A DNA stretch of 50,877 nucleotides, filler included, from Bipalium vagum (GCA_037834085.1; 3 parts of 3 records of this genome joined end to end with filler, not necessarily neighbours in it); one strand, 5' to 3'; positions 13,291-26,077 are shown, numbered from the whole stretch's first letter. The notes: generated by a model not told the origin, from the letters alone. A program made the numbers and translations.

Positions 13291-13339
13291 GCTTTTATTT
13301 CATTTTTTTCAAATGAACTGAATCTTGTATTTTGAAAGC

Positions 13340-13745
13340 GTTGTAAACGGAGAGATACGTGATGATTGTGGAAAATACAAATGGAATCTTAGAAGGACAA
13401 TTTCATAGGATTAGAATGTCTATAAACGCAACTTTATAGGATAGAAAGAAAACCGATTACGCAGAAATTTTACCCGAAATTGAGTATACTTTAGAAGAAT
13501 CTGTACAGAAGTCAACACTCATAAGTTCGGCGGAATAAGCGTTGGGCCCGAAAATAAATAGAGAAAGGTAGTTCAGCAGGACTCAAATAGCTAGGGAAGA
13601 AGACATTCAGAAAATCATACAAAAAATATGAGAGTTGAGAAGTCAAGCAAGCTACGAAATCAAAAAATAAGATCCATGAAAGATGTTGCGAAATGATAGG
13701 TATGGATGGGAATAAAGTGGTTAGAAATAGTGAAGATAAAGAAAT
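13340..13745 (+). mobile_element. Possible degenerate non-LTR retrotransposon fragment
   Basis: Purine-rich broken K/R/E-rich frames resembling the endonuclease-RT linker; no catalytic motif seen. Confidence 0.3.
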
Positions 13746-14181
13746 TCTTTTTTAAAAAAATGCAGCGATTTAGTTCTTTCCAGTCTCTCAGGATGCAATA
13801 TTCGTTCAGCACCGGTTCGTGGTAGATTTTTTTATCAAAATTTCTTCTTTAAATAGGCGATACCCATATTTATATGTACTATACGAAATATCCTCCTCTC
13901 CTATAACAGAGAATTTGAATTGTGCTGCTGCAAAAACACTTTTCCTTGCTGAAATTCATATCTGATACAATGTCATCAGTGTATATTTTCTTAACTTATT
14001 TCTAATTCCGAAATTTTTTGTTATATTCTATAGCAATTAAAGTGAAATATTTATTTTTCAATAAATATACAATATAAATTACTGAAATTTAAATTCAGGA
14101 GTGTTTTAATTATTTGTTGATTTATTTAAACAATGATTAAAACCATGATTTAATACTTATCCATACACCTAATATTTCAAC

Positions 14182-14266
14182 CTTGTGATGTATTTTTTCT
14201 TTCCCATAATGGAAGAGTAAAATATTCTCTAAATGCACGTTCGTCTTCCATTAATAAAGCTGACAA
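14182..14266 (-). CDS. Candidate alternative or duplicated EF-loop exon with a 1-nt frameshift
   Basis: Strong tttcgtttttttAG acceptor, phase 0; LSALLMEDERAFREYF, and with one extra T, YSSIMGKKKYIT(R) ending in phase 2 at GTTGAA. Confidence 0.5.
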
Positions 14267-14483
14267 CTAAAAAAACGAAACTAAGTAATAGAGTAAATTA
14301 AATTACTTATTGAAATTTAAAACCATCCACTATCTTATTATTTTATTTATTATTCTTTATTAATGATCATTAATTACTTATTATTATCGATTATTTATTA
14401 TTATTTTTCATTATTTATTAATTTTTATTATAATTTTATTTATTTGTAATTATTAATTTTTCATTAATTGCTAAAGCCATCAC

Positions 14484-14548
14484 CTCATCTACAGACAAAC
14501 GATCTCCGAAAGCTTTCGGTCTGACTCTGTAAGCAAAAGGTGCTACAC
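14484..14548 (-). CDS. Second coding exon of EF-hand (EFCAB6-like) gene
   Basis: 65 nt, phase 1/0, (G)VAPFAYRVRPKAFGDRLSVDE; follows a 47-nt GT-AG intron. Confidence 0.75.
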
Positions 14549-14595
14549 CTAAATAGATATGGATCATGTCAACATGATCTTTAAGATTAGATTAC

Positions 14596-14773
14596 CATCG
14601 ACTTCTTTCGGTATTATATACTTATAACCTTCGGTTTCAATGTCACGATAGGAACTTAAGCCATCTGTATAGTCTTCATTGGTAAACCCTTTGACGTTAT
14701 CACATCGATCGACAGGAGGGAATTTTCGGGCGCTCTGAAATGCCAACCTGTCAGATGGAGTGACCACTGGCAT
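14596..14773 (-). CDS. Probable first coding exon of EF-hand (EFCAB6-like) gene
   Basis: ATG 7 nt after an acceptor AG; MPVVTPSDRLAFQ...PKEVD G|GTAATC; GC content above background. Confidence 0.72.
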
Positions 14774-17392
14774 ACAGTGGCTGAATAAAATTTAGAAATT
14801 AGTTCTTTCATAGTGGAACGGTGAGATTTAAGATGAAATCAACTCATGTATATCATTTCTAAATTCCAAATTGATCAATATTTACTCTGTGTCCTTTAAC
14901 ATTGCGTTGCGTAATAATTGATATTGTGCTTCAAAAACCCGCCGGGAAATAATACTATTTCACAAAGTAAAACAAAGCTGTGATAATTGAAATGTTATGA
15001 TTATTTAAAATTATTGTTTAAAACTGTTAATGCAACCAAATGTTAGAAAACAAAATTTAACAATTAAAATTGTTTTTTTTATTTGTAAAATTAGATTTTA
15101 TAATTTATAATTACTTAGTGATTATTAATTAGTGATCAAACAGTGAACGTTTTTCTTCCTTTTAATTACTTTTGATATTAGATTCTTAAAATAAAATGAA
15201 AACTAATTCTTTTTATGGTCATTTTGCTCATGTTAACCTATACTGTAAATATGATTCGATGTTTTATGGGAGTTGGATTTTTTGAAAACAAAATTTACCA
15301 TCGGTTTTTTATATAAAATAATCAAAATTATTATCAGAAAACAAAATAACACCATTTTTATCATTATTTTATTTATTGTCTTTTTCCATAGATCAAAGAA
15401 TATTTTTCTAACATTTTCTTTTTTTTTTAGACAAAAAATATGTATTAATATTAATTGAAATAAAAAATATTAAAATTAATTATCATCAATTAAAGTCTTA
15501 ATTTTAAGCTTAATTAATTAATTTTAATGACTCCTAAATTCATAAGATTATACTAATGGATTAATTTCCACAAATTCTTTCTCAAATTTAATCGTTGCAA
15601 TTTACTTGATCTTTTCCCATGACTTCTTTTGTTAATTTTTATCTCATTGAAATAAGCTGGAATATCAAATAATGAGGATAAAAACCCAGAAAATTATTAA
15701 GCGAATTACGTAGTTTGTTTCTGATAGGAAAGTAATCCTGTATCAGAATAATGAATGTAAAAATGTTTCTAATAACATCTCCCCAGCGCTCAATGATGGA
15801 AGCCTGTAGCGTGTTTAATTATACTTACGTTGTACGAATTATCAAAGACAATGGGAAATATTCTACATCTCTGTTCATTAAGTGGTTACAATACTGATTT
15901 TATCATTTACCTCATTATGCTCACTGCTAATGAGATTGTTTGTTATAGCATAATGTAAATCAAAGGCAGTTTTTACTATGATGATCAGAGCTCTTAGCAG
16001 CTCAAATAAAGTAATCAAGTCAGAATTTATTACCTTTTACAAAAAGCAATAATTGTTGGTGTAGTATTTAGACTGAAAAGGAAGAGATATTCATAGTAGA
16101 TTAAAGCTTTCAAGTAAATCTATAACTGATATTAATGACAAGACTCCTTTCAACTACTTTTGACTAATGTATATACTATAGAAGTACATTTTTATTAGTT
16201 AAGTTTTTTCAATACTAAACTGTGACGTTTAAAATTTTTAACTAACAAAATTTATTTATATAATATTGATAAAAGAAAATTAATAAAATTTCCAATACTT
16301 ATAATTGTTAGAGATTTCTAGGTTATCACTTTTTACGGAATTAATGGAATTCATTGAAAATAAAGTACAATAGATAATAAGGTTTATTTCACGACAAACA
16401 TGATTTATGATTCTTATTTCTGTTGATGATGAACCAAATACTTAATTAAGTTGATTATTTTATATTTTAAAAACAAATTATAAAATTTTGTTAAGTTACT
16501 ACTAAAATGGTTTTATGGGATTAAAAATATCGAAAATGTTCGGTAGAAACTCAACAAAATAATTTCAAATCAGAAGGCTTAATGGAGTGTATTTCGGAAT
16601 TCAATAAGACTTCAAAATGAAAACAAAATCGATCTTTATAAAATATTTTTATTTGTGAAAATGGGGGATGACAATTTAGTTTAAATGAGAAACTCTTATA
16701 TCCTTTCACAGCTATCATGTAGTTTGTGGAAAGATCCTAAGGCAATTTACCAGCCCTAACTGCTGTGTAAACTGTGAACAAAACGAGAAAAATATGAAAA
16801 TATGAACACAAAGAAAATAAATAATCCTAATTTCTAGTGATTACCAGGAAATAAATTGATTTTTAAAGTTATCTCGTGCAAACTTTAACAAGGTTGTCAA
16901 GATAATGAGTATTTAGATAATAAATAAATCAATAAATAATAATAATGATAATAATATTTACTTTTGTTCGTGTTCGTAAGATCCGTTGTTTACTGAAACT
17001 TTGAATTTGCAAACTTTCTTTATCTGTTGTTTTCATTTTGTTGTTGTTTGTTTTTGAATTTCTTTATCCAAGATACTGGTATTTATAGCGAAATTTATTC
17101 GTGTTCGAAGCGTGATCTGGTGATGATTTTGTTAGAATGCAATTTGGTTGATTATGTATATCCGTTTTCGTTATAATTTCAAAGTAAAGATTCTTAATTT
17201 TTTTGTATTTTGTTCAAATTGGTAAAATATATGTTGACTTTATATACTTTATAGACATATATGATCTCTATTTTTAAACTTAAATTTTTTCCTATTTTAC
17301 TTTTTGTAAGTATTCTTTTTTCCTTTTTTAAATTTTTTTATATTTTTCTTTCCTTTTTTTCTACTTTTGTAACTTAAGGATTTCTATTTTTA

Positions 17393-17492
17393 NNNNNNNN
17401 NNNNNNNNNNNNNNNNNNNNNNNNNNNNNNNNNNNNTTAATTAATTAANNNNNNNNNNNNNNNNNNNNNNNNNNNNNNNNNNNNNNNNNNNN
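17393..17492. other. Artificial scaffold spacer 44N-TTAATTAATTAA-44N
   Basis: Exactly 100 nt; palindromic core has stops in all six frames; identical copy at 33335-33434. Confidence 0.95.
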
Positions 17493-17578
17493 CTTAGGAT
17501 GAAGTGCTTGTTTCACACGCGGAGTTGCTTGTTTATCCGGGCTTAGCCATTGTTTGCGCTGCTTCATGTATATATATA
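17493..17578 (-). mobile_element. Mariner transposase fragment at contig edge
   Basis: Translates KQRKQWLSPDKQATPRVKQALHPK, typical of the mariner segment before KKxML. Confidence 0.7.
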
Positions 17579-18954
17579 TAATGAGGAAATATTGAAATTT
17601 TTATATTTCTTTTTTATTAATTCAATCTTTCTTCAGATTATCAAATGATTTTAAATGATTGTTTATTTATATTTTAATTATAAAACATTAATGAGCTAAT
17701 TATCTTAAAAGTGAATGTTAATAATTAAATAATTATATTTAGATACTTTTATATAAATAAAAGGAATACTTTTATTTATTATGAAGAAAATATTGTTTGA
17801 TTATGTTGTATAGCTTCTTAATATCATTAATGGTTTATAAATACTAATACTAATTAAAATAACGTATAAGATTTCCGATATTCGCTGGGTAAAAATACAT
17901 AACTTCTTTTAGTTTTTGAACTTAAATTATTAATTAACATGATTAATAGATATGAGGTGTAAAAAGGAATTCCTATGTGGTCTTACAAAAGTAAAGTTTA
18001 CAGTCTCAAACCATCAATAACGTTGGTCAAGTAAAACCCAGCAGTGAAGATTTTATCAATTTTAATCTAATTAGACAGGCTTCCTTTGATGGTGAAATGA
18101 TTCACTCATGAAGACGTTATAAAAAATCTTTTGCTTGATCAAAGAAATAACCATATAAGTATGAAATAATATTTCATCTCTAGATCAGTTCAGAGAATAC
18201 ACATTCGAAGAAATTTGAGGACTGCAAATTTGCGTAACAAAACTTTATCAAATAATTAGAGTTTCCTATAAGCTTTGTATGAATATTGTGTTTTTGTGAC
18301 TTCATAATCCAGTGACTAGTCTTAACCTTCATAAGTTTCCATGAAGTTTCTGTGAATTAACCCCATCACAGGTAAACATTTTATTTTCACAACAATAAAT
18401 CAATTTTATTTGGTGCAGTCTTTTATGAACTTTCTTGAGTCATCATTCTTTCTAAAAATTCCTAGTTTTAGATTCCGAAATCACCGTATTTTCTTTTCCC
18501 TGAGACAATAATAATATTTTTAATATGCCTCAAATAATTATTTTAATTATTTTATAATAATATAAAAGAGCAATTAACTTAATCAATGAAAAGTAGGGTA
18601 ATTTTATTAATTCCAAATATTTAACCGATTTTATAAGTCATAATTAATTAATTAAGTTCGTGATAGAAGAATATACTTCACTAATTTTTAATTATTTTCT
18701 TTATTATTGTTAATTACTGAATCGATTCTGCTTCACTCTAGACCACAGGATAGGTATTTTTGACAACAGAACTTCTTAGGATATCATAATACCTAAAAGT
18801 ATTTTAATTCATTAAATAGTAATAATTGTTCGATCATATCAAATTTTAACGATTGAGTATTTGTAACTAAGAAAATAAATATATATATTTTCATATCAAC
18901 TCTTTGCGCAATTATATACATATCAATTGAAAATAGTTCCAAAAAATCTCTGTA

Positions 18955-19335
18955 GCGGTACAAGGACAACGGAGTAAAAATTGTACCAATTATAGCCAAA
19001 CCGTCAGATTGTCCCTATTTACGTCCTGTAGAAAAGTATTGGACCTTAATTAAATCAAGACTTCATCGAACTGGAAACATTATCAAAACACAAAAAGAAT
19101 TTCAAAATCTGTGGATCCAAGTAGAAAAAAAAATAACGGAGGTTTGGTAATGCGAATAACGGCAGTCTGAACATGAATGTGTTCAATTTTTCTCGACAAC
19201 CCATAACCTCCTGATTTACTTTATTTTTATGTAATGTGTGATGACATTTATTATTTGAAAAAAATTAATATTAAATATATCAATTTGTGTTTACATTACA
19301 TATATATTTTAAAGTGCGACAACTTCATCGTATAC
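18955..19335 (+). mobile_element. Tc1-like 3' fragment
   Basis: CPYLRPVEKYWTLIKSRL matches Tc1 SPxLxPIExxW; boundaries approximate. Confidence 0.6.
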
Positions 19336-20467
19336 AAGCTTATAATTAAATTAAATTCAAATTTGGTAACAGATTAAATTTAAACAAAAATTGTAAAATT
19401 AATGAAAAAACAATTTAAACATTTTTTCTAATTACATTGTTTGGTTATTTATAAAAAGGAAAAATTATTATCAATTTGTTTATTTATTGACATTTATTTT
19501 ATTCTCACAACTCTTATTTTGAAAAATTGTATATCTCCGCATAAAACAATTTTATGTTACACAAGAAACACCACCATTATATATACAGAGCCATCGTCTC
19601 TGCTATTGCTTTTCTAACGTTAATATTTCGTTTATCTTAACAAATATATTTAATGAAATCCGTCTGCAACTGCGTTTTGAGGAAATCAAAGAAAATAAAT
19701 GTGCAGACTTTTACTTTGGTCAATACGACCTTTTAATCTATGCATTAAAAAAATGTGGTAAATATTAAAATATTATCCCAATAAAATCATTATTTTCATT
19801 TTTTCCCTTTGCTATTACCAAAAAATTTTCTATTTCATTTCTCAACTGAATTAATTTACCTTTCAGTCTGAATAATGGTGTTAGATAAACAAATATTGAG
19901 CTATCTTCATCGAATATTTTGTTAAGCGTTTGTTTAGTTTGTTTAAATAAAGTCCCAAAGAAATTAATTTAAAACAATTATATGTAATATCAGGGTTACG
20001 CAGTCATGGGAAAAAGAAAATTAAAATCATATTCACGAATGAATATATTTTTTAACAATTCTTTTCAATAGAATATATATAAAAGAATATTCATATTTTC
20101 AACCATCTTATTTTCATATAATATATTATTTTAATTCCTTCATCAATACATTCTATGTAGACCAGGTTCACGAAATTATCTTAATGTCTGGTAAAATATA
20201 CAACCTTTTCTACGAAAATATTTGTAAATTTTACATATCTTTTATAATGATATATTTATTTTACTGTTTTTTAAAAATTTTTCTCGGTATGAAAATTAGT
20301 TTGAAAATATTCAGTACATATTTTCGATTTAATTTAATTAAAACCACAGCATTAAAGAAAACTCTAACGATGCATTGGACATGAGATATCTCAAATTCTG
20401 TGTAAAAAGTTTGCTTATTAAAATCTTTATAAATCTTCATATTTCGCTTCTAACTTATTATTTCTCT

Positions 20468-20527
20468 TATTTATTATTTATTATTTATTATTTATTATTT
20501 ATTATTTATTATTTATTATTTATTATT
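20468..20527. repeat. (TTATTTA)n heptamer tandem repeat
   Basis: About 8 near-perfect units. Confidence 0.85.
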
Positions 20528-21013
20528 TGTTAATTTATTATTCTTATTTTTTTGTTTATTTATTATTTCAATTATTAGAGTTCATCGATTGACATTGTTT
20601 AAATATTGAAATAATATCTTGTAAAATGTTTTATTTTCAAATAATCTGTCATAAAAATAATTAAATTAAATTTTAAATTACATTTTCTGTAATTACACCG
20701 TATGTCCAAATTTCACACTATCAATGGAATATTAATTGTTGAGAAATTTTATCCATTTTTAAAATATTTTTAATTATATTTTATCCATTATATCTCATTA
20801 TTGACATATGATAATTTTTTATTCAAAGCTTTTTTATATCCCCCAATTATCTCTGGTGCCAAATTTTTAATTTATTGCGTTCCAATTCTTTATTTTTCTA
20901 AATATTTTCCATTTATTTTTGAAAATTACTGATTACAATCCATTATTTTTGTTTTTTCTTATATTAATCATTAGAATCAAAACTAGTTAACATAATTCTT
21001 AATTAAAAAGATC

Positions 21014-21014
<1 letters not shown>

Positions 21015-21091
<77 letters not shown>
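21015..21091. repeat. (AAT)n microsatellite
   Basis: Perfect run of about 25 units. Confidence 0.97.
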
Positions 21092-21093
<2 letters not shown>

Positions 21094-21424
21094 GTTCCAA
21101 TAATTAATAATAATGTTAATTAAAGTGGAAAATATTAACGGAGAGGGAAATTAATTAGGGCAAAAAACTTCTTAACACATTCATTAATTGTGGAGATTAT
21201 CAAACTTGATTTATTATGGTAAAGACTAATAAACAGATTCCGGGAAATTAATTAATCACTTTTTATAAGTAAGCGACCGAGCTGATCGTATTAAATCAGA
21301 AATTTGCTATGTAATAAGTTCCCAAAAACTATATAGGTGTCCTGTCAAGATATTATAAACACAGAGTAGAGATTATGAAACCACGGTTAAAATATTTATC
21401 ATAATGGCAGATTTACATTTTTAG

Positions 21425-21575
21425 AAATGATGATGGAATATGAGTCGGTTGGTCTGTCTTGCAGAAAAAATATTAAGGTATATAATGCTAATGGTATGTT
21501 ATTGATTAATATGTCATTTTATGGTTTAAGTGCAAAGGAGGATTTTCAAATTTATTTATGAGAGCTCCACGATTG
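21425..21575 (+). CDS. Two tentative small exons (21425-21477, 21531-21575) of the VWA5A-like gene
   Basis: AG/GT-bounded with a 53-nt intron; MMMEYESVGLSCRKNIK + CKGGFSNLFMRAPRL; ends in phase 0, matching exon at 23321. Confidence 0.45.
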
Positions 21576-21749
21576 GTAAATTTTTTTGTTCTTTATTTAA
21601 AAAACATTTTTCAAATGAGAAAATGTTTTTATTCTAACATTCAAATTCGTAAATGATCTATATGGGATTAAAGAATTCTGATTATCTTTTTAAAATTGTT
21701 TTTCGGTGATATCTTTCATATATATTCATTTTATACCTCAAATTAAATG

Positions 21750-23011
21750 TAAGTTCAGGAAAATCCGGATAAAAAACAACTATAAACAAAAAAAGATATA
21801 TTAAATAATATCAGTAACTATTTAACCAATAGTTATATTTTTGGATTAAAAATATGTTCCGTGCTTCTATTGCTCGATATAACCACCTTCTGCTTCTATG
21901 ATCTTCAAGATTCTCTGCCTGAAGCGCACGCATGGCTTCTTTACATGGACTTGGTTCAATTGGGCAAACGCTTCTGTAATGGAATTCTGTAGAGATGTCA
22001 GATTAGGGTGTCTCGACTTGTTAGTAACTCTTTCAAGAAAGCTCCATACATAATAGTTCACAGGGTTTAAATCTGGACTATTTGGGGGCCAGAATTCCTT
22101 GCTCCAATACATGTCAACATTATCGGACAGCCATTTTTGAACTAAATAACTTGTATGAGCAGGTGATCAGTCTTGTTGAAAGATGTACGGTCTTTCAGAA
22201 GCAACGATTTCCATTCAGGGCTTAACTACTGTACTCAGAATCTGTACTGTGACTTCCTTGGTGATAGTTTCACCTTTTTTCAAGAAGTGTGGGAGCATGA
22301 CATCAACTTCACTAGAGATGACGCCTATTACCAGAACACTGGCTGGAAACTTTGTCCTTGGCACTATTGGGGCATTTTCAATATCATTCCGCCGGTTAAT
22401 TTTGGCATCAACTATAAAACTTTTTCTCATAAGAGAAAAACTTAAGACGACTCGCTGCTTTATTCTTCAATGACTTGAGTAACAAATTGTTCCGAACAAC
22501 TCTTTTAGTTTTCGTAGCCTCAGACAGCATTTTTCGTATTTTTAGAACGTATGAAGTATATCTTAGGTCTTCTTCAGCTATCATACGCATTGTTGTTACA
22601 CGTATCTTCAAAGTTGTTGTCAATTTTCGAAGTGATGTCCGAGGATCTTCCATTATTAGCTGCTGAGCTCTTTAAATAACTTCCGCGGTCCTTATTTTCC
22701 TTTCTTTATCACGAATTTTTCTTTTAGGTGTACTAGAGTTTCCTTCAGACATCTCCGATATCTTCGTGCGAAATCGTACACTGTCGATCATGGGTACCCA
22801 AAGAAATTAATTATTTCAGTCGGCGTTCTTCCAGCGCTAAGACTTATTTCGATAATATTCCAAGCCTGATTTTTGTAAACTTGCCATTTTGAAAATTGTG
22901 CGCAATTTACAGACAAAGAAATCATGTTTAAACAAATGTTAACTCGTATAATTAAAATCAAGTATAAATATAAATTTTAATTAAACTTTGTCCGGATTTT
23001 GCTGGCACAAT
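21750..23011 (-). mobile_element. maT/DD37D-type Tc1-mariner element, full length but frameshifted
   Basis: Imperfect TIRs CAGxAAAATCCGGAyAAA at both ends; RTKFPASVLV.GVISSE, VFQQD, WSKEFWPPNSPDLNPVNYYVW, IIEAEGGYIE. Confidence 0.9.
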
Positions 23012-23320
23012 AACGACTTATTTCTTGGAGAAATGACAACGGTCCAACGATTGTTTGCATTATTCAATAATTAAAATATTATATAAAAAATCAATAACTC
23101 CTGACCTAACCCATTACCTTAATTTTATGAGATTTTTATGTTCTACCAATAAGACATTTTATATGCACGATTTAATATATTTTATTTTATAAATATAACT
23201 AATAATAATAATATTATTATTATGATTATTATTATGATTATTATTACTATTAAATTATTACTATTATTAATTATTGTAAATATTAATTATTTTTTACTAT
23301 ATTTATTTGGATATTTTTAG

Positions 23321-23495
23321 AAAATTTCTCGATCATTTTCTAAAAAAGAGAAAAAAAGAATGGACAGCATTGAAGTTGATGACGTCATAATATTTTTAGT
23401 TGAAAAGCAAAATATCAACGGATCATGGAATTACGACAAAAACATCTTTACCAAACTCAACTTGAAGGAATCGGAAATTAATGCAAAAAAGCCGA
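23321..23495 (+). CDS. Penultimate exon, VWA5A/PARP4 C-terminal-like domain
   Basis: tttttAG acceptor, A|GTATGT donor; LVEKQNINGSW matches the family LxxLQxxxGSW motif. Confidence 0.7.
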
Positions 23496-23859
23496 GTATG
23501 TCTCTCTCCTTCAACATGTTAATTGTTTGTTGCAATTTTCTCGCAACTTTTCTTTTATTCTAAATTTCTGGGTTTTTTAGAGTTCATAAAACTTTGATGT
23601 GTAGGGTACATTACAAGGAAAAGTTACATTAAAGAAATCAATGGATATTTCTGCATAGTAATGTTTAGTGTTTAATCTCATGGACTTTATTCGCCACCAA
23701 TACCGACATGAAGAATAATTATTTTGACCGACCAATCACTGTCCCATTCTCATCATGCTTGATGATCCTTCTATTATTTTTCCTTTATGAGGAGGCTAAT
23801 CAGACCTGGAGAATTTTTTAATTATTTATTTTAATTGTTTTAAAATATTTAAAAAGTAT

Positions 23860-25195
23860 TCGAATGAAGATTACGATTGACCTTTTCCAAACCAAAAGAT
23901 CTGATGGGTGATTTGGAAAAGTTAATCAACTATCGTAAATATTTCTCGAGAACGTCCATAAGATGGTGGAAGATGTCTTCTCACATGGAATGGCAAAGGA
24001 AAGGTTTTTGAAAAAAGCGCTAATTAGATGCATAAACGATCCAGAAATCGGAAGGAGATCGAACTGAGAAAGTTAGGAAGTATTGAAGAAATGGAAGATT
24101 TGTTTAAATTAATGAATGGAATCCGACAGAAACAGTCTGATCAGGTCAATACCATCAAGACCTAGAGAGACGTAGCGAGGAACGGTAGATATCAAAACGT
24201 ACAGAGACAGGAAGCAGGATATAAGATTCGACCTGTTGTAGAGCAAGTTAGACCAGAATCATGTGTTACTAGACCTTTTGCAAGAATGGCAAACGATGGC
24301 CCAACAAGAAGACAAATAGAATGTTAGAAGTGTAAAAAAATCCTACATATAAGCCAAGACTGTTCAGAGAAGAGAATTCTTACATGTTTTGGATGTGGAA
24401 AAGCGTGATACATACCTTGGAATTGTACAGTTTATAAATGTCAATGGTGTGGAAGAAATGGTAACCAAGCTTTGGAGTGCTACATAAATCTAAATAGAGG
24501 TCAGAGAAGAAACAGGAATTTTTACATAGCATTTCGCTGTGTAATGTAGAAGGAAGATTTGGTAGAGCAATACAGAAAGGAGAACGGTTGAAAAGAGCAT
24601 TGAAATTATTAAATGTTATTGCAGATGGCAAATTACGAAAGATAATTGAGATAAAAGAAGACGCGTTCATGGCCGATAAATGGGACATTGGATGTACCCA
24701 TCTGACAAAACATACAATAAAAACGAAAGGTGAACCAATAAATTAAAAACCCTTCAGACAACCAATGAATTTGGAAGAAAAGATAAACGAGTCGATAAAG
24801 AATCTGTATGATAATAATATCATCAGAAAATGTAATTCTCCGTGGAACAGCCCATTGATATGCGTTTGGAAAAAAGAGAAGAAAGATATTCGGATTTTTC
24901 TGGACTTTAGAAGACTTAATGCAGTGACCGAAAGACAAGAATTTCCAATGCCAAACGTTGACGAAATGTTAGATGAGTTAGGTGGAGCACGTTATTTTAG
25001 CTTAATAGACCTGGATAATGCTTATTATCAAGTTGAACTGGACAAAGATTCGCAAGAGAAGACTGCTTTTTCTACTAGAGATGGACAGTACTGTTTTAAT
25101 AGAATGCCATTTGGCATTGCAACAGCACCAGGAACGTTTCAAGAAGTAATAACAAAGTTCATCGGCAAAATCAAAGGAGCTATGGTGATGACTGG
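23860..25195 (+). mobile_element. Ty3/Gypsy LTR-retrotransposon relic (gag zinc knuckles plus N-terminal RT)
   Basis: Degenerate knuckles (CFGCGK, CQWCGRNG); RT motifs SPWNSPL, LDFRRLN, FPMPNVDE, IDLDNAYYQ, KTAFST, RMPFG; truncated before YxDD. Confidence 0.92.
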
Positions 25196-25199
25196 CGAA

Positions 25200-25814
25200 T
25201 GAAAAGAAACCACAGCCAAGGTGATAATTCTGCTGAAAATAGTTAATTCTTGTTCATAACATCAAAGAAGTGCAGATTCTTATCATTCAATTTATGTGGA
25301 ACTCAATGATCAGGGTCTCACACTTTGCCATTATGATGAAGATGGTTTTCAATTGTCGTAAGTTGAGAATTGAGGATTTGGTCAAATTCGAGTCTTGTTT
25401 CGGAGGAACCAGATTTAATCTGCTCTTTTAGAACTTCATTTTCAATAGTTGATGGACATTCTTCACCAGGTTTATCTTTAATCCTAAAATCTGCGGAACG
25501 AAAACGTACATATCAACACTGAATCGTAGGTTCTGTAACATGGTCCTCATCACATGCTTACATGATGTTACTGGTTGCCTCAGCTGCGGAATGGTTCAGC
25601 TTGAACTCATAAAAGATACATAACATAATTTGCTCAGAAGTCATGGTCAGTTTAAATTGGCATGTAATAGTAAATAATCATTTTAAAGTGGTAAAACAAA
25701 ATTTACTAAGAACGGTAATTGCATTTCAATTAAATGAAAAAAAATATTTCATTAACGCAAAGGTTGTTAAAATATTATTCAAAAAACCGACATTACTTTT
25801 TACACAACCTGATA
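25200..25814 (-). mobile_element. Mariner 5' half
   Basis: Terminus TATCAGGTTGTGTAAAAAGTAATGTCGG; MTSEQIMLCIFYEFKLNHSAAEATSNI...RFRSADF with stops. Confidence 0.85.
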
Positions 25815-25892
25815 ATTATAAAATTATAATATTAATTAAATTTATTCGTTGTGAGACTTTCTTCGAAATTTGGATATTCTGTTATTATTTAG

Positions 25893-26077
25893 CTAACATA
25901 TGTAAAGAGGTATGGATAACAACCATTATATGCCAGTTTCTGAAGGTCAAAGAGCAATCCAGAGAAAAGGAATGGAGATTGATTGGGAAAAAAGCTGTAC
26001 AATGGATAGAAGCTAATTTATCGGACCCCGAAGAGCTCAAATTACTTTGGAAGATAAGCCTCGAACTATTTCAGTGA
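25893..26077 (+). CDS. Terminal exon, VWA5A/PARP4 C-terminal-like domain
   Basis: tttAG acceptor in phase 1, matching the previous exon; VWITTIICQFL...EWRLIGKKAVQWI matches family WAT...EWxLxxxKAxxW; TGA stop. Confidence 0.72.

Noticed and set aside
25643-25892. 5' part of the 144-aa ORF as a transposon-host fusion
   Set aside because: It is the antisense of a mariner end running by chance into the real terminal exon, which has its own phase-matched acceptor
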